NCBI GenBank assembly: GCA_965219455.1
Contig: OZ244744.1
Span: forward strand, 160,001-224,000
Length of the DNA: 64,000 nt
Source of the DNA: Candidatus Latescibacterota bacterium
GTDB lineage: Bacteria; Latescibacterota; UBA2968; GCA-2709665
Direction of reading: 5' to 3'
Shown: positions 20,693 through 30,656 of the stretch, one piece after another
How positions within the stretch are numbered: the stretch's first letter is position 1
Layout of the letters: each line of letters begins with the position of its first letter
The notes under the pieces: model-generated
Told to the model about the DNA's origin: nothing
The model's database searches: none
Seen by the model: only the letters and a program-made list of their open reading frames with translations
Position numbers and translations under genes: made by a program

Positions 20693-22846
20693 CTAAAACT
20701 GATACGCACGTTTCGCGTTCTCCCGATCCTGTTTCTTCAGGCCGGGATGCCGGACGACGGCCGCCGTATGGTCCGGACAGGGAGACGTCGGCTCGGCTCC
20801 GGGCACGAACACTTCTTCCAGTCGACTCGGGCAATACATCGAAGCCACCTCAAACGTATCGCCACATACCTCCATCCGGGCGACGCCCGGCGGCAGTTCA
20901 AATTTCTCCTCGGGCAATTCGAGTGTCTCGTGTGCTTTTTTCATGAATTTCGCCCATACCGGCAGCGCCACGGCCGCGCCCGACATCCTGCTTCCCAGAG
21001 ACGCCCGATAGTCGTCGAACCCTACCCAGACGCCGGCCACGATCTGTGGCGTGAAGCCCACAAACCACGTGTCCGCGAAGTTCTGAGTGGTACCCGTTTT
21101 TCCTGCGGCCGGCCGCCGAAACCCATATATCGATCGGGCGCCTGAACCGGTGCCGCGCCAGATTCCCTTGGGCGTCTGCTTCCGCATATCCATCACGGAC
21201 TGAAGCATGCTCGTCGCGACGGCGGCCGCCTCCGCACTGAGCGCCTCGTGCTCCTGGCCCTGAACCCGGCTTTCCATAAGGCTGCCGTCCTTGTCCGTGA
21301 TCTTCACAATGGCGACCGGCTCCACGCGGATGCCACCGTTGGGAAACGTCCCGTAGGCGGCCACCAGGTCGATCAGTTTCACTTCACTTGTACCCATGCC
21401 GAGAGACTTCACTGCCCGGATCCTGCTGGAAATTCCCATGCGCTTCGCCTGGTTCACCGCGGTGCGGGGCCCAATCTCTTCCAGAATTTTCGTTGTCACC
21501 ACATTCCGAGACATGGCAAGGCCGTCCCGCATCGTCATCCAGCCCAGGAACTTCCGATCGTAGTTCTGCGGCCGCCACAGGCTGCCGTCGTACATCTCTA
21601 CCGTAACGGCCGTATCCGGATACCGACGCGTGGGCGGAATCTTCTGCGCGATTGCCGACGCATAGATGATCGGCTTAAATGCCGATCCTGGCTGGCGAAG
21701 GGCTTGAACGGCCCGGTTGAATTTGGTCTCGGTGAAGTCACGGCCACCTACCATAGCCAGAATGTGTCCCGTGCGGGTGTCCAGCGCGACCAGCGCTCCC
21801 TGTACCACCGTGGCCTTCAGCGAGTCTTCCCGGGTGCGGATTCCAGCCCAAAAAGTCGAATCCGGCGGGCTCCGCCGTCTTTTCGCCTCCACCCTTTTCT
21901 GTACCGTATCCAGGTGGTTCAGCAGGGTCTCCTCGGCAATTGCCTGAATACGGCTGTCCACAGTCGAATAGACCGACGCGCCGTCCTTATACAATAGATT
22001 CCAACCGTATTTTTTCTCGAGGTAACGGCGAATATACTCCGTGAAATACGGCGCTTCACCGATCTCTTCATCCACGGTTTCCTTTAGGATAATGGGGCGC
22101 CGCGTGGCGGAAATGTATTGCGCCTGAGTGATTCGGCCCGTGTTGCGCATCAAACGAAGTACCACGTCACGCCGATCTCTGGCCCGTCGGGGATGGTTGA
22201 TCGGTGAGTAGAAATAAGGTCCTCGGAGCAGTCCGACCAGCAGCGCGCACTCGTCCGACGTCAACTCCTGGGCGTCCTTGCCGAAGAACCGCTCTGCTGC
22301 GGACTGAATGCCGTATGCACCGTTTCCAAACAGGACCTTATTGAAATATATTTCGATTATTTCCCGTTTCGTATACGTCCGCTCGAGCAGCACGGCCGTC
22401 AACTGCTCCTTCACCTTCCGGGTCCATGTCTGTTTCTGGTCCAGGAACAGGTTCCGGGCGAGTTGCTGCGTAATCGTGCTGGCGCCGTGGCCCTTCAGTC
22501 TGCCTTCCTGCGTCACGTTGCGCAATACGGCGCGGAAGATATCGGGCAGGCTCACACCCCAATGCCGCCAGAAGAGCTGATCCTCCGTTGCGGTCAGAGC
22601 CCAGATAGCGGCCTCGGGAATCTGGTTGTAAGCAATCGGCACCCTATTCTCGACCCAGAACCGCTTCAGCACCGCGCCGTCGGCGGAGATGATGCTGGTG
22701 GTTCGCGCGGGTTCCACCTCCTCCAATTGTGCAAAGGAGGGCAACTCATCCTTGAATCGAAGCACCACCCCTCCCGCGACGCTCGCATACACCAGTACGC
22801 AGATCCCACAATAGAACAAAATTCGCCGTGCATAGTATCTCAACAT
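20693..22846 (-). CDS. Class A penicillin-binding protein (PBP1A family)
   Basis: EDQLF, GASTITQQLARN, RKVKE; transpeptidase SAFK, SRN, KTG motifs. Confidence 0.95.
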   Translation of the reverse strand: MLRYYARRILFYCGICVLVYASVAGGVVLRFKDELPSFAQLEEVEPARTTSIISADGAVLKRFWVENRVPIAYNQIPEAAIWALTATEDQLFWRHWGVSLPDIFRAVLRNVTQEGRLKGHGASTITQQLARNLFLDQKQTWTRKVKEQLTAVLLERTYTKREIIEIYFNKVLFGNGAYGIQSAAERFFGKDAQELTSDECALLVGLLRGPYFYSPINHPRRARDRRDVVLRLMRNTGRITQAQYISATRRPIILKETVDEEIGEAPYFTEYIRRYLEKKYGWNLLYKDGASVYSTVDSRIQAIAEETLLNHLDTVQKRVEAKRRRSPPDSTFWAGIRTREDSLKATVVQGALVALDTRTGHILAMVGGRDFTETKFNRAVQALRQPGSAFKPIIYASAIAQKIPPTRRYPDTAVTVEMYDGSLWRPQNYDRKFLGWMTMRDGLAMSRNVVTTKILEEIGPRTAVNQAKRMGISSRIRAVKSLGMGTSEVKLIDLVAAYGTFPNGGIRVEPVAIVKITDKDGSLMESRVQGQEHEALSAEAAAVATSMLQSVMDMRKQTPKGIWRGTGSGARSIYGFRRPAAGKTGTTQNFADTWFVGFTPQIVAGVWVGFDDYRASLGSRMSGAAVALPVWAKFMKKAHETLELPEEKFELPPGVARMEVCGDTFEVASMYCPSRLEEVFVPGAEPTSPCPDHTAAVVRHPGLKKQDRENAKRAYQF

Positions 22847-22994
22847 CTTACGGACTTCCAATCTGAAATAGATCGAACGCTTCCGGGCGGGACCGATGCC
22901 CCTGCATTCCGGCCGGGTTCGTCCGCCGTTGGCCGGCCTGGAACCATTTATCGAATTCGAGCCAGCGGCCCGTTTGTGTCTGTGGGCAAACGCG

Positions 22995-25679
22995 TTATGA
23001 CATCACCGCTGCAAGATTCTTGTTCAACCTGCCGAGCGCACTCTGGTACTGTGCGTGCCGCGCCTTCTCCCTGGAGACGACCTCCGCGGGCGCATTGTTA
23101 AGAAATCCGGAGTTACTGAGCTTTCTGTCCAGCCCGCCCAGCAACGCCTCCAGCTTCCCGATCTCCTTCTTCAGACGCTGGCGCTCCACGTCAAGATCGA
23201 TCAGCCCTTGTAAAGGCACAAAGATCTCGACATCCCTCAACACGGCGCTGGCGGAAGCCGCCGGGCGGATAATATGAGCGCCTATGCGAAGATCCGCAAC
23301 CCTGGCAAGCGCTCGAAAATAAACCTCGAATCGGGTCAGAACGTCCCCGATATCTGCCGAATTCACCTTCAAGTGGACATCCGCGCGCCTGCCCGGCGGC
23401 ACGCGCATCGTACCGCGAATATTCCTGACCGCACCCACAACCGCCTGCAATAGCGCCATCTCGCGTTCCGCCGTCGCGTCGAATCGTCCGGAGTTCGCTT
23501 CCGGCCACTTCGCAACAATCAGCGCTTCTCCAGAGTGTGGAAGTTGCTGCCACAGTGCTTCGGAGATAAACGGCGCCAACGGATGAAGCAAACGCAGGGA
23601 GCCCTCCAGCACATGGACGAGCACACGCCGCGCGGTCATTCCCGCTTCCGGGTCACTGCCGTTCAGCCGCACCTTGGCGATTTCCAGGTACCAGTCGCAA
23701 TATGCGTTCCATACGAATTCGTATAGGGTTCTGGATGCTTCGTCAAAACGATAGGCCTCCAGAGACTCCGTCACGGCGCACACTGTGCGGTTGTACTGGC
23801 TGAGTATCCATCGATCCGCAGGATCGTCAGGCGAAACCGGTGGCCGCGTGCACCTAAAGTCATCCCCTTCAAGGTTCATCTGTACAAACCGCGCCGCATT
23901 CCAGATCTTGTTGCAAAAATTCCTGCAGGACTCCGTTATGGGGGAATCCTGTAAATCGTTGTCCGCGACGTCGGCGTCAAAGCGAATGTCCTGTGAACTG
24001 CCGCACTGGTAAAGCAACGACAGACGCGTTGCATCCGCGCCGTACCGCTCGATCAGTTCCCTCGGATCGATCCCGGTACCCAGCGACTTACTCATCCGTT
24101 TTCCGTCGCGCGTCTGGACGGTCGGATGAACAAGAACCGTTCCGAAAGGAATCTCTTCCACGAACTCCACGGCCGTCATTATCATCCGCGCCACCCACAG
24201 GAAGAGAATATCCCTGCCGGTTATCATCAGATCGGTTGGATGGAACACCGTCAAGTCCTCGGCCGGCTCCGGCCATCCGAGGGTGGCGAAGGGCCAGAGA
24301 GCCGACGAAAACCAGGTATCCAGAACGTCCGGATCCTGCACAAGCTCCCGGTTGCCGCAGGCATCGCAACGTACGGGCGCATCCACCCGAACCAGCACCT
24401 TTCCGCAGTCCTCGCAGGTCCACACGGGGATCCGGTGTCCCCACCAGATCTGCCGGGAGATGCACCAGTCCTGAATGTTTTCGAGCCAGTCAACGGAATA
24501 TTCTCGAAATCGATCCGGTACATATTTGATCTCTTGCCTTCTCAAGGCGGGCAGAGCCTGATCCGCCAGGGACCTCATAGCCAGAAACCACTGGTCCATC
24601 GGCAGTGGCTCGATGGGAGTGCCACACTTATCGTGGTGCGGCACCATATGTTCGTAATCCTCGATGCGCTCGAGTAGTCCCGATTCCTTCAGGGCCGCAA
24701 TCACCGCTTTCCGGCAGGCGAACCGGTCCATGCCGCTAAACGATGCGGCTTCCTGGTTCATCTCTCCGCTGAATCCAATGACCTGGATCTCTGGCAATCC
24801 GTGCCGTAACCCGATTTCGTAGTCATTGGGGTCGTGCGCGGGCGTCACCTTAACCGCGCCGCTACCCATCTCCGGATCCGCGTACCGATCGGCCACAATC
24901 GGGATCGGCCGCTCCATTAGCGGCAACATGACACGGCCGCCAATGGCCCGTTGCCAGCGCCGGTCTTCGGGATGCACCGCCACGCCCGTATCTCCCAACA
25001 TCGTCTCAGGACGCGTCGTGGCAACCACCACGTCCGGCCCACCTTCCAGACCCGGATATCTGATATGCCACAGGTATCCTTCATGTTCCCGCTCCTCCAC
25101 CTCCAGGTCCGATATGACCGTGCCGCACCTCGGGCACCAATTTACCATCCGCTTGCCTCGGTAGACCCATCCCTTTTCATAAAATCTCACAAAAGCGGAC
25201 AATACCGCCTGGGCGTATTCACCATCCATGGTAAACCGTTCACGGCCCCAATCGTAGCTGCATCCCATTTCCCGGAGCTGGTTGAGAATGGTTCCGCCGT
25301 ATTCTTGTTTCCAGACCGCGATACGCTTTAACATCTCCTCCCGGCCAATATCGTGGCGTCCCTTTCCTTCCTCCTCAAAAATCTGTTGTTCTACCTTCAT
25401 CTGGGTGGCAATGCCGGCGTGGTCGGTACCCGGCAGGCAGAGCGTCCGATACCCCTGCATTCGCTTCCATCGCACCACGGCATCATGAATTGCATGCTGC
25501 AGCGCGTGCCCCATGTGAAGCTCTCCGGTGACATTAGGCGGTGGAATCGTGATGGAATACGCCTTTCCGACGGCCCGATATTCCGGCCTGAAATAGCCCC
25601 TTGTCTCCCAGAAGGCGTACCAGGTCTTTTCGACCGACCCTGGATCGTACTTTTTTTCGTGCACGGCCTGTTCTCCCAT
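22995..25679 (-). CDS. valS: Valine--tRNA ligase
   Basis: PPPNVTGELHMGHA, DWCISRQIWWGH, RMSKS, C-terminal coiled-coil arm. Confidence 0.97.
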   Translation of the reverse strand: MGEQAVHEKKYDPGSVEKTWYAFWETRGYFRPEYRAVGKAYSITIPPPNVTGELHMGHALQHAIHDAVVRWKRMQGYRTLCLPGTDHAGIATQMKVEQQIFEEEGKGRHDIGREEMLKRIAVWKQEYGGTILNQLREMGCSYDWGRERFTMDGEYAQAVLSAFVRFYEKGWVYRGKRMVNWCPRCGTVISDLEVEEREHEGYLWHIRYPGLEGGPDVVVATTRPETMLGDTGVAVHPEDRRWQRAIGGRVMLPLMERPIPIVADRYADPEMGSGAVKVTPAHDPNDYEIGLRHGLPEIQVIGFSGEMNQEAASFSGMDRFACRKAVIAALKESGLLERIEDYEHMVPHHDKCGTPIEPLPMDQWFLAMRSLADQALPALRRQEIKYVPDRFREYSVDWLENIQDWCISRQIWWGHRIPVWTCEDCGKVLVRVDAPVRCDACGNRELVQDPDVLDTWFSSALWPFATLGWPEPAEDLTVFHPTDLMITGRDILFLWVARMIMTAVEFVEEIPFGTVLVHPTVQTRDGKRMSKSLGTGIDPRELIERYGADATRLSLLYQCGSSQDIRFDADVADNDLQDSPITESCRNFCNKIWNAARFVQMNLEGDDFRCTRPPVSPDDPADRWILSQYNRTVCAVTESLEAYRFDEASRTLYEFVWNAYCDWYLEIAKVRLNGSDPEAGMTARRVLVHVLEGSLRLLHPLAPFISEALWQQLPHSGEALIVAKWPEANSGRFDATAEREMALLQAVVGAVRNIRGTMRVPPGRRADVHLKVNSADIGDVLTRFEVYFRALARVADLRIGAHIIRPAASASAVLRDVEIFVPLQGLIDLDVERQRLKKEIGKLEALLGGLDRKLSNSGFLNNAPAEVVSREKARHAQYQSALGRLNKNLAAVMS

Positions 25680-25757
25680 TCCGCTAAACCGTTCCTTTTC
25701 CCATTAGACGGCGTTCTAGAAGATTGATTCCGTATACGGCCTGTCGTCGACCGGTCC

Positions 25758-26540
25758 TCAACTGCCGTAGGGCACTGATGGCCCCTCTGCAGCCAGCATT
25801 CGATTCAGAAAATCCAGCGACTTGACCTGGCCCCGGTTTCCAATATGGCGCCACAAAAAGCTGCGTAGCACACGACGCGCTTCGTTGGTGTCGCTCGCGT
25901 GGAAACCCTTCTCGTCGATTCGGTCTGCACGTGCAATCTGAAGTTGCTCCAGGAATTGGATGGTAGCCATTTTGACTCCAAGGCCCCCGCTTTCGCAACG
26001 GCGGCAGACCGTACCGCCACGCCCGGCGTCGAAACAGACCCTGCCGCCGGTTATCCGAACGCCACATTGGACGCAACCGCTCAGATGGGGACGATAGCCC
26101 AGCGCCGCGGCCGCCTTGAGCTGAAAATACCAAAGCGGCAATTCAACCGCCTGTTCCTCAACCGTTTCCATCCATCGCAGCGTTTCCAGGGTAACACTGC
26201 ATAAAAGGGAATTCGCATCTTCTTCCGGCGTCAGGCGATCCAGCAGATCACACACGGCGCTTGCGTAGACAAGGCGCCGGTAGACCCGTTTGATGCCCTC
26301 AAAGGGATACAGAATATCACCTTCACTCAAAGTCTGTAATTCTCGGTTTTCACGGCTATAGAAAACATAAGCGCCCCAGGTAATCGGCTCCACGCTGGCG
26401 CCGAACTTACTCCTGGGGCGCCGGGCGCCCCTGGCGACAACCCGCACCTTACCCGCGGTACGGGTATAGATTACCACCACCTTGCTGCTCTCGCTCATCC
26501 GGTAGCCGCGCAGAACCAAACCTTCGGTTTTCGATATCAT
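25758..26540 (-). CDS. recO: DNA repair protein RecO
   Basis: EGLVLR..ESSK..GARRPRSKFG; CVQC/CRRC zinc finger. Confidence 0.93.
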   Translation of the reverse strand: MISKTEGLVLRGYRMSESSKVVVIYTRTAGKVRVVARGARRPRSKFGASVEPITWGAYVFYSRENRELQTLSEGDILYPFEGIKRVYRRLVYASAVCDLLDRLTPEEDANSLLCSVTLETLRWMETVEEQAVELPLWYFQLKAAAALGYRPHLSGCVQCGVRITGGRVCFDAGRGGTVCRRCESGGLGVKMATIQFLEQLQIARADRIDEKGFHASDTNEARRVLRSFLWRHIGNRGQVKSLDFLNRMLAAEGPSVPYGS

Positions 26541-26884
26541 TTCTCGGTTACCGACTTCGGGGACGGCGCACCAGGGTACACCATATAGACCGTTTCGTTT
26601 TCCTTAACCATCCCGTACCGCTCCCGCGCAATCCTCTCAATGATCTCCAGGTCGTTCTTCAACATCTCGACTTCGGTCTCCAACCGCCGGTTTTCGGCCC
26701 TTACGGTTTCAATCTCACCGTACATCGCCTCAATCTCCCGGCTTCGCTCCCGAATCTGCATATACCCACTGTCTCCCGCGAAAAATAAATAGACGAACCA
26801 CAGGGCAGGCAGCGCCCACAGGAATCGATACATCCTTCTGCGGGGTGCGTACAGATATTCCCGTTTTCCTCTATAAAATTTCAT
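26537..26884 (-). CDS. ftsB: Septum formation initiator (FtsB/DivIC family)
   Basis: TM segment, coiled coil, IERIARERYGMVKENE. Confidence 0.8.
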   Translation of the reverse strand: MKFYRGKREYLYAPRRRMYRFLWALPALWFVYLFFAGDSGYMQIRERSREIEAMYGEIETVRAENRRLETEVEMLKNDLEIIERIARERYGMVKENETVYMVYPGAPSPKSVTEK

Positions 26885-26969
26885 TCCGAAAAACCCCTGT
26901 GAACGATTGGATCGTCAAGGACTTCACGCCGGAGAAACGGTGCGCGGTCGAAAGCATTGGAACGGACGG

Positions 26970-28178
26970 CTACAGCACCAAAAGATCGTCCCGGTGAACC
27001 ACCTCTCCTCCGGTTTCCACGTCCAGAATCGACACGACCTCGCCCGTTGATTTACCCAATATCCGCTGTACCTCGTCCGAGCCGTACTTCACCACTCCGC
27101 GTGCGACCTCCAGCCGACGGCGGTCTTCAACAGCAATCAACTCTCCGGCCTCAAAGGCGCCTACCACCTTTACGATACCTGAAGGCAACAGGCTCTTTCC
27201 GCGTTTCACGATTGCCTCCACAGCGCCGTCGTCCACGATCACGGCGCCTTGTCGACGGGAATTGGCAATCCAGAGCTTGCGGCTGGGAAGCTTCTCCCTC
27301 GCGGCAAGAAATAATGTGCCCGATGGCATACCTGCAAGGATCTGGCCCAATCCCATCTTGTGCCCGTTTGCAATCACCGCCAACCTGCCTCCTCGGGTCA
27401 CACTCTGTGCCGCCTCCAGTTTTGAACGCATTCCGCCCAGGCTCACCTGGCTACCGGCTTTCCCGGCCCTTTCGATCATTTCGGGGCCAACCTCCTCAAC
27501 CCGCGCAATGAGGCGTGCGTCCAAGTGGCGGTCCGGGTCTTCCGAGTAAAGCCCATCAACGTCGGTCAGGATAACAAGAAGGTCAGCGTCGACCAGATGT
27601 GCCACGAGCGCGGAGAGGCGATCGTTGTCACCTACCGAAAGCTGGAGTTCCTCAACCGCCACGCTGTCGTTTTCGTTAAGAATCGGAACGGCACCGAAGC
27701 GAAACAACGAATCCAGCGTATTCCGCGCGTTAACGTAACGGCGCCGGTTATCAAGGTCATCGGCAGTCAGCAGGACCTGTCCAACGGGAATATGATGGGA
27801 TCGGAACGCCAGTTTGTACGCATTCATCACCAGCCCCTGTCCAACCGCCGCGGTTGCCTGCAACGCTGACAATCGTCGCGGCCGCTCCTTCAGGCCCAGC
27901 CGGCCCATGCCGGCCCCGACGGCGCCCGACGACACAACGGCAACCTGTATTCCCGTCCGGCGCAATTCTGCCACATCGGTAGCCAGTCGCTCAATCAACT
28001 TCAGATTCAGCGCGCGGTCCTGTTGCGTGACCAGACGCGTGCCCAGCTTCACCACGACGCGCCGAACACCTTCGAACAGCGTCTTTCGTTCAGGGCAGGT
28101 CCGGTTCGGATCGGAGTCACGCATCGTTCCATCCTCCACTGGCAGCCCCCGCTTTCTTTTTGTCATGCATCGATCCAT
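26970..28178 (-). CDS. proB: Glutamate 5-kinase with PUA domain
   Basis: VVVKLGT, SSGAVGAG, NENDSV, GDNDRL, GKSLLPSG; exact start uncertain. Confidence 0.95.
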   Translation of the reverse strand: MDRCMTKRKRGLPVEDGTMRDSDPNRTCPERKTLFEGVRRVVVKLGTRLVTQQDRALNLKLIERLATDVAELRRTGIQVAVVSSGAVGAGMGRLGLKERPRRLSALQATAAVGQGLVMNAYKLAFRSHHIPVGQVLLTADDLDNRRRYVNARNTLDSLFRFGAVPILNENDSVAVEELQLSVGDNDRLSALVAHLVDADLLVILTDVDGLYSEDPDRHLDARLIARVEEVGPEMIERAGKAGSQVSLGGMRSKLEAAQSVTRGGRLAVIANGHKMGLGQILAGMPSGTLFLAAREKLPSRKLWIANSRRQGAVIVDDGAVEAIVKRGKSLLPSGIVKVVGAFEAGELIAVEDRRRLEVARGVVKYGSDEVQRILGKSTGEVVSILDVETGGEVVHRDDLLVL

Positions 28179-28966
28179 TACAAATCCACCCTGACCCGTG
28201 GCCGCACACAGACACCCCGCCTGGCCAGATACGCTTTCACCTGGGGAATGCTGTAGTGCCGATAATGAAAAATAGACGCCGCCAGAGCCGCACTCGCCTT
28301 GCCTTGATGAAGCACCTGATACATGTGCTCCGGCCCACCTGAACCCCCGGAAGCCACGATCGGCACGTCTACAAGATCCGCCACGGCGCGGTTCAACTCA
28401 ATGTCATACCCCTCCCTCGTGCCATCAGCATCGATGCTGTTCAACACCAGCTCCCCCGCGCCTCTGTCGACCAATTCCAATGCCCATTCCAGGGCATCTC
28501 TGCCCGTCCGCTTCCTTCCCCCGTCGATCATGACTTCCCATTCCGGTGTTTCGGACTTGCCTACGCGTCGAATTGCGTCTATGGATCCGACAATTGCCTG
28601 TGTGCCGAAACGCTCTGCACCACGGGTAATCACCTCCGGCGTGCGGACCGCGGCCGAATTGATGGATGCCTTTTCGGCGCCGCCTTCGATGATCGTGCGA
28701 ATATCGTCAAACGTCCGTACGCCGCCGCCCACCGTAAACGGGATAAATACCTGCTCCGATACCTGGCGAACGAGATCAGCCACGATCTCTCGCTTCTCGG
28801 CCGACGCCGTAATATCGAAAAAAACAAGCTCGTCAGCCCCTTCCTCGTCGTACCGACGGGCCAGTTCGACAGGATCTCCGGCGTCCCGGTCAGCCGAAAA
28901 CTTCACCCCGCGTACATTCCGACCGTTCTTGACGTCCAGACAGGGTATGATTCGTTTCGCTAGCAT
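28178..28966 (-). CDS. hisF: Imidazole glycerol phosphate synthase cyclase subunit
   Basis: KRIIPCLDV, GADELVFFDIT, SIDADGTREGYD, ALAASIFH. Confidence 0.96.
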   Translation of the reverse strand: MLAKRIIPCLDVKNGRNVRGVKFSADRDAGDPVELARRYDEEGADELVFFDITASAEKREIVADLVRQVSEQVFIPFTVGGGVRTFDDIRTIIEGGAEKASINSAAVRTPEVITRGAERFGTQAIVGSIDAIRRVGKSETPEWEVMIDGGRKRTGRDALEWALELVDRGAGELVLNSIDADGTREGYDIELNRAVADLVDVPIVASGGSGGPEHMYQVLHQGKASAALAASIFHYRHYSIPQVKAYLARRGVCVRPRVRVDL

Positions 28967-29565
28967 ACGCGCTCGACGAAATTCTTCAGGATTCGCAGTC
29001 CGAGATCCTGGCTCTTCTCGGGGTGAAACTGAATCCCGTAGGTGGCCCCCCGGCCCGCGATGGACGTATAGTCAAGCGCGTAGTCCGTTGTCGCCACACA
29101 GTCGGTCTCGACTTCAGGATCCACGTAGTATGAATGTACGAAATAGAAGAATGCCTCGTCGGGAATGCCCGTCAGAAGCGGCGTCTGTTTTTGAATTTGA
29201 ATCTGGTTCCACCCGATCTGCGGTACTCGCACACCCTCTGGAAACCGACGTACAGAACCCGGAAAAACGTCAAATCCGCGGTGGCGGCCCATCTCGTTGC
29301 TTTCGGTAAAAAGAAGCTGGAGACCGACGCAGATCCCCAGGAATGGACGACCGCTGGCAATCGAATCCATGAGAGGTTCGATCAGCCCCGCTGCATTCAG
29401 GTTCACCATCGTGTCTCCAAAGGCCCCGACTCCGGGCAATACCACGCGGTCAGCACGGTACACGTCTTCCGGGCGATCCGTAATCACCGCGGCGTGCCCG
29501 ACGCGTTCAAATCCCTTTTGCACGCTACGCAGATTGCCTATGCCGCAGTCCACAATCACGATCAT
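28960..29565 (-). CDS. hisH: Imidazole glycerol phosphate synthase glutaminase subunit
   Basis: IVDCGIGNLRSV, LPGVGAF, GICVG, FVHSY, QFHPEKS; true ATG at 29565 (the ORF-track N-terminus is MITE-derived). Confidence 0.95.
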   Translation of the reverse strand: MIVIVDCGIGNLRSVQKGFERVGHAAVITDRPEDVYRADRVVLPGVGAFGDTMVNLNAAGLIEPLMDSIASGRPFLGICVGLQLLFTESNEMGRHRGFDVFPGSVRRFPEGVRVPQIGWNQIQIQKQTPLLTGIPDEAFFYFVHSYYVDPEVETDCVATTDYALDYTSIAGRGATYGIQFHPEKSQDLGLRILKNFVERVC

Positions 29566-29592
29566 CACAACCCCCGTCCGGACCTCCGCTAT

Positions 29593-29779
29593 CAGTCCGT
29601 TGAAAAAGTTGCTCTGCAGGCGAGGCCGAGCCATTGTGACCGAAGACAAGGCGCCTGCCTGTGCGGTGCACGCAGACAGGCGCGACTGAGCCGAATCGGG
29701 GGATTCGGGGAGGGAGCGCAACGCAGTAATTCGGCAACAAGAGCCGGCCGCAGACCGGATGGACTTTTTCAACGGGCTG
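29593..29779. mobile_element. MITE family A, copy 3 (187 bp, with a 27-bp insert)
   Basis: Same TIRs as copy 1; direct repeat CTAT at 29589-29592 and 29780-29783. Confidence 0.9.
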
Positions 29780-30598
29780 CTATGCTCCCAACTCCTCCGA
29801 CCGCCGCGTCGCAGCTTCCACCGCCTTCATCAACGCGGCGCGAACTCCGCCCAGTTCCATGGCCTGTAACCCGGCGATGGTCGTACCGCCGGCGGACGTT
29901 ACCTGGTCTTTCAACACCGCCGGGTGCTGTCCGCTCTGGATCACCATCTTTGCACTGCCAAAAACCGTTTGCGCTGCCAGCTTGAGCGCGACGGGCTTCG
30001 GAATTCCCATCCTGACACCCCCATCGGCCAGCGCATCGATTATTAAATACACAAAGGCAGGGCCGCTGCCGGAAAGTCCGGTCACCGCATCCATTTGCGC
30101 TTCGTTCAGGCGCACCGACTCACCCACCGTTTCCAGGATGGCTTCAGCGGTCGCGAAGTGTGCTTCCTGCGCGAATCGACCCGCGCAAATGGCCGCGACA
30201 GACGAGCGAATCTGTGCAAGAATATTCGGCATCGCCCGCACAACCGGCACCCGCCCGCCCAGAACTTTCTCAATCGCCCCGGTCCGCACGCCGCCCATAA
30301 TCGAAAGCACCATCTGCCGATCGGTAAGGGAAGGCGCCAGCGGCGCCGCAACCGATGCCCAGATCTGGGGCTTCAGACCCAGCACCACCACGTCCTGTTC
30401 CGCGGCAACTTCAGCGGCGTTGCGGCTTGTCTGCACACCCAGCGTCTGCCGATGGGCCTCCAACAATGCCGCATCGATATCCACGGCCGTCACCCGTTCC
30501 GGGGGCAGAGCACCGGAATGCACCAGACCCGAGATCAACGCGCCGCCCATATTTCCGGCGCCAACGACAGCGATCTTTATGTTTTTTATTTCATCCAT
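29780..30598 (-). CDS. proC: Pyrroline-5-carboxylate reductase
   Basis: VGAGNMG, RAMPN, GLSGSGPAF, VTSAGGTT; start may lie further upstream (to 30670). Confidence 0.95.
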   Translation of the reverse strand: MDEIKNIKIAVVGAGNMGGALISGLVHSGALPPERVTAVDIDAALLEAHRQTLGVQTSRNAAEVAAEQDVVVLGLKPQIWASVAAPLAPSLTDRQMVLSIMGGVRTGAIEKVLGGRVPVVRAMPNILAQIRSSVAAICAGRFAQEAHFATAEAILETVGESVRLNEAQMDAVTGLSGSGPAFVYLIIDALADGGVRMGIPKPVALKLAAQTVFGSAKMVIQSGQHPAVLKDQVTSAGGTTIAGLQAMELGGVRAALMKAVEAATRRSEELGA

Positions 30599-30656
30599 AT
30601 CCGTGCATTTCAATCCGAATTTCTCTTGGGCAATCTGGTTTCCAGGATTTATGGGT

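Noticed and set aside
29566-29772. 68-aa N-terminal extension of HisH
   Set aside because: It is mostly translated MITE sequence; HisH homology begins at ATG 29565.
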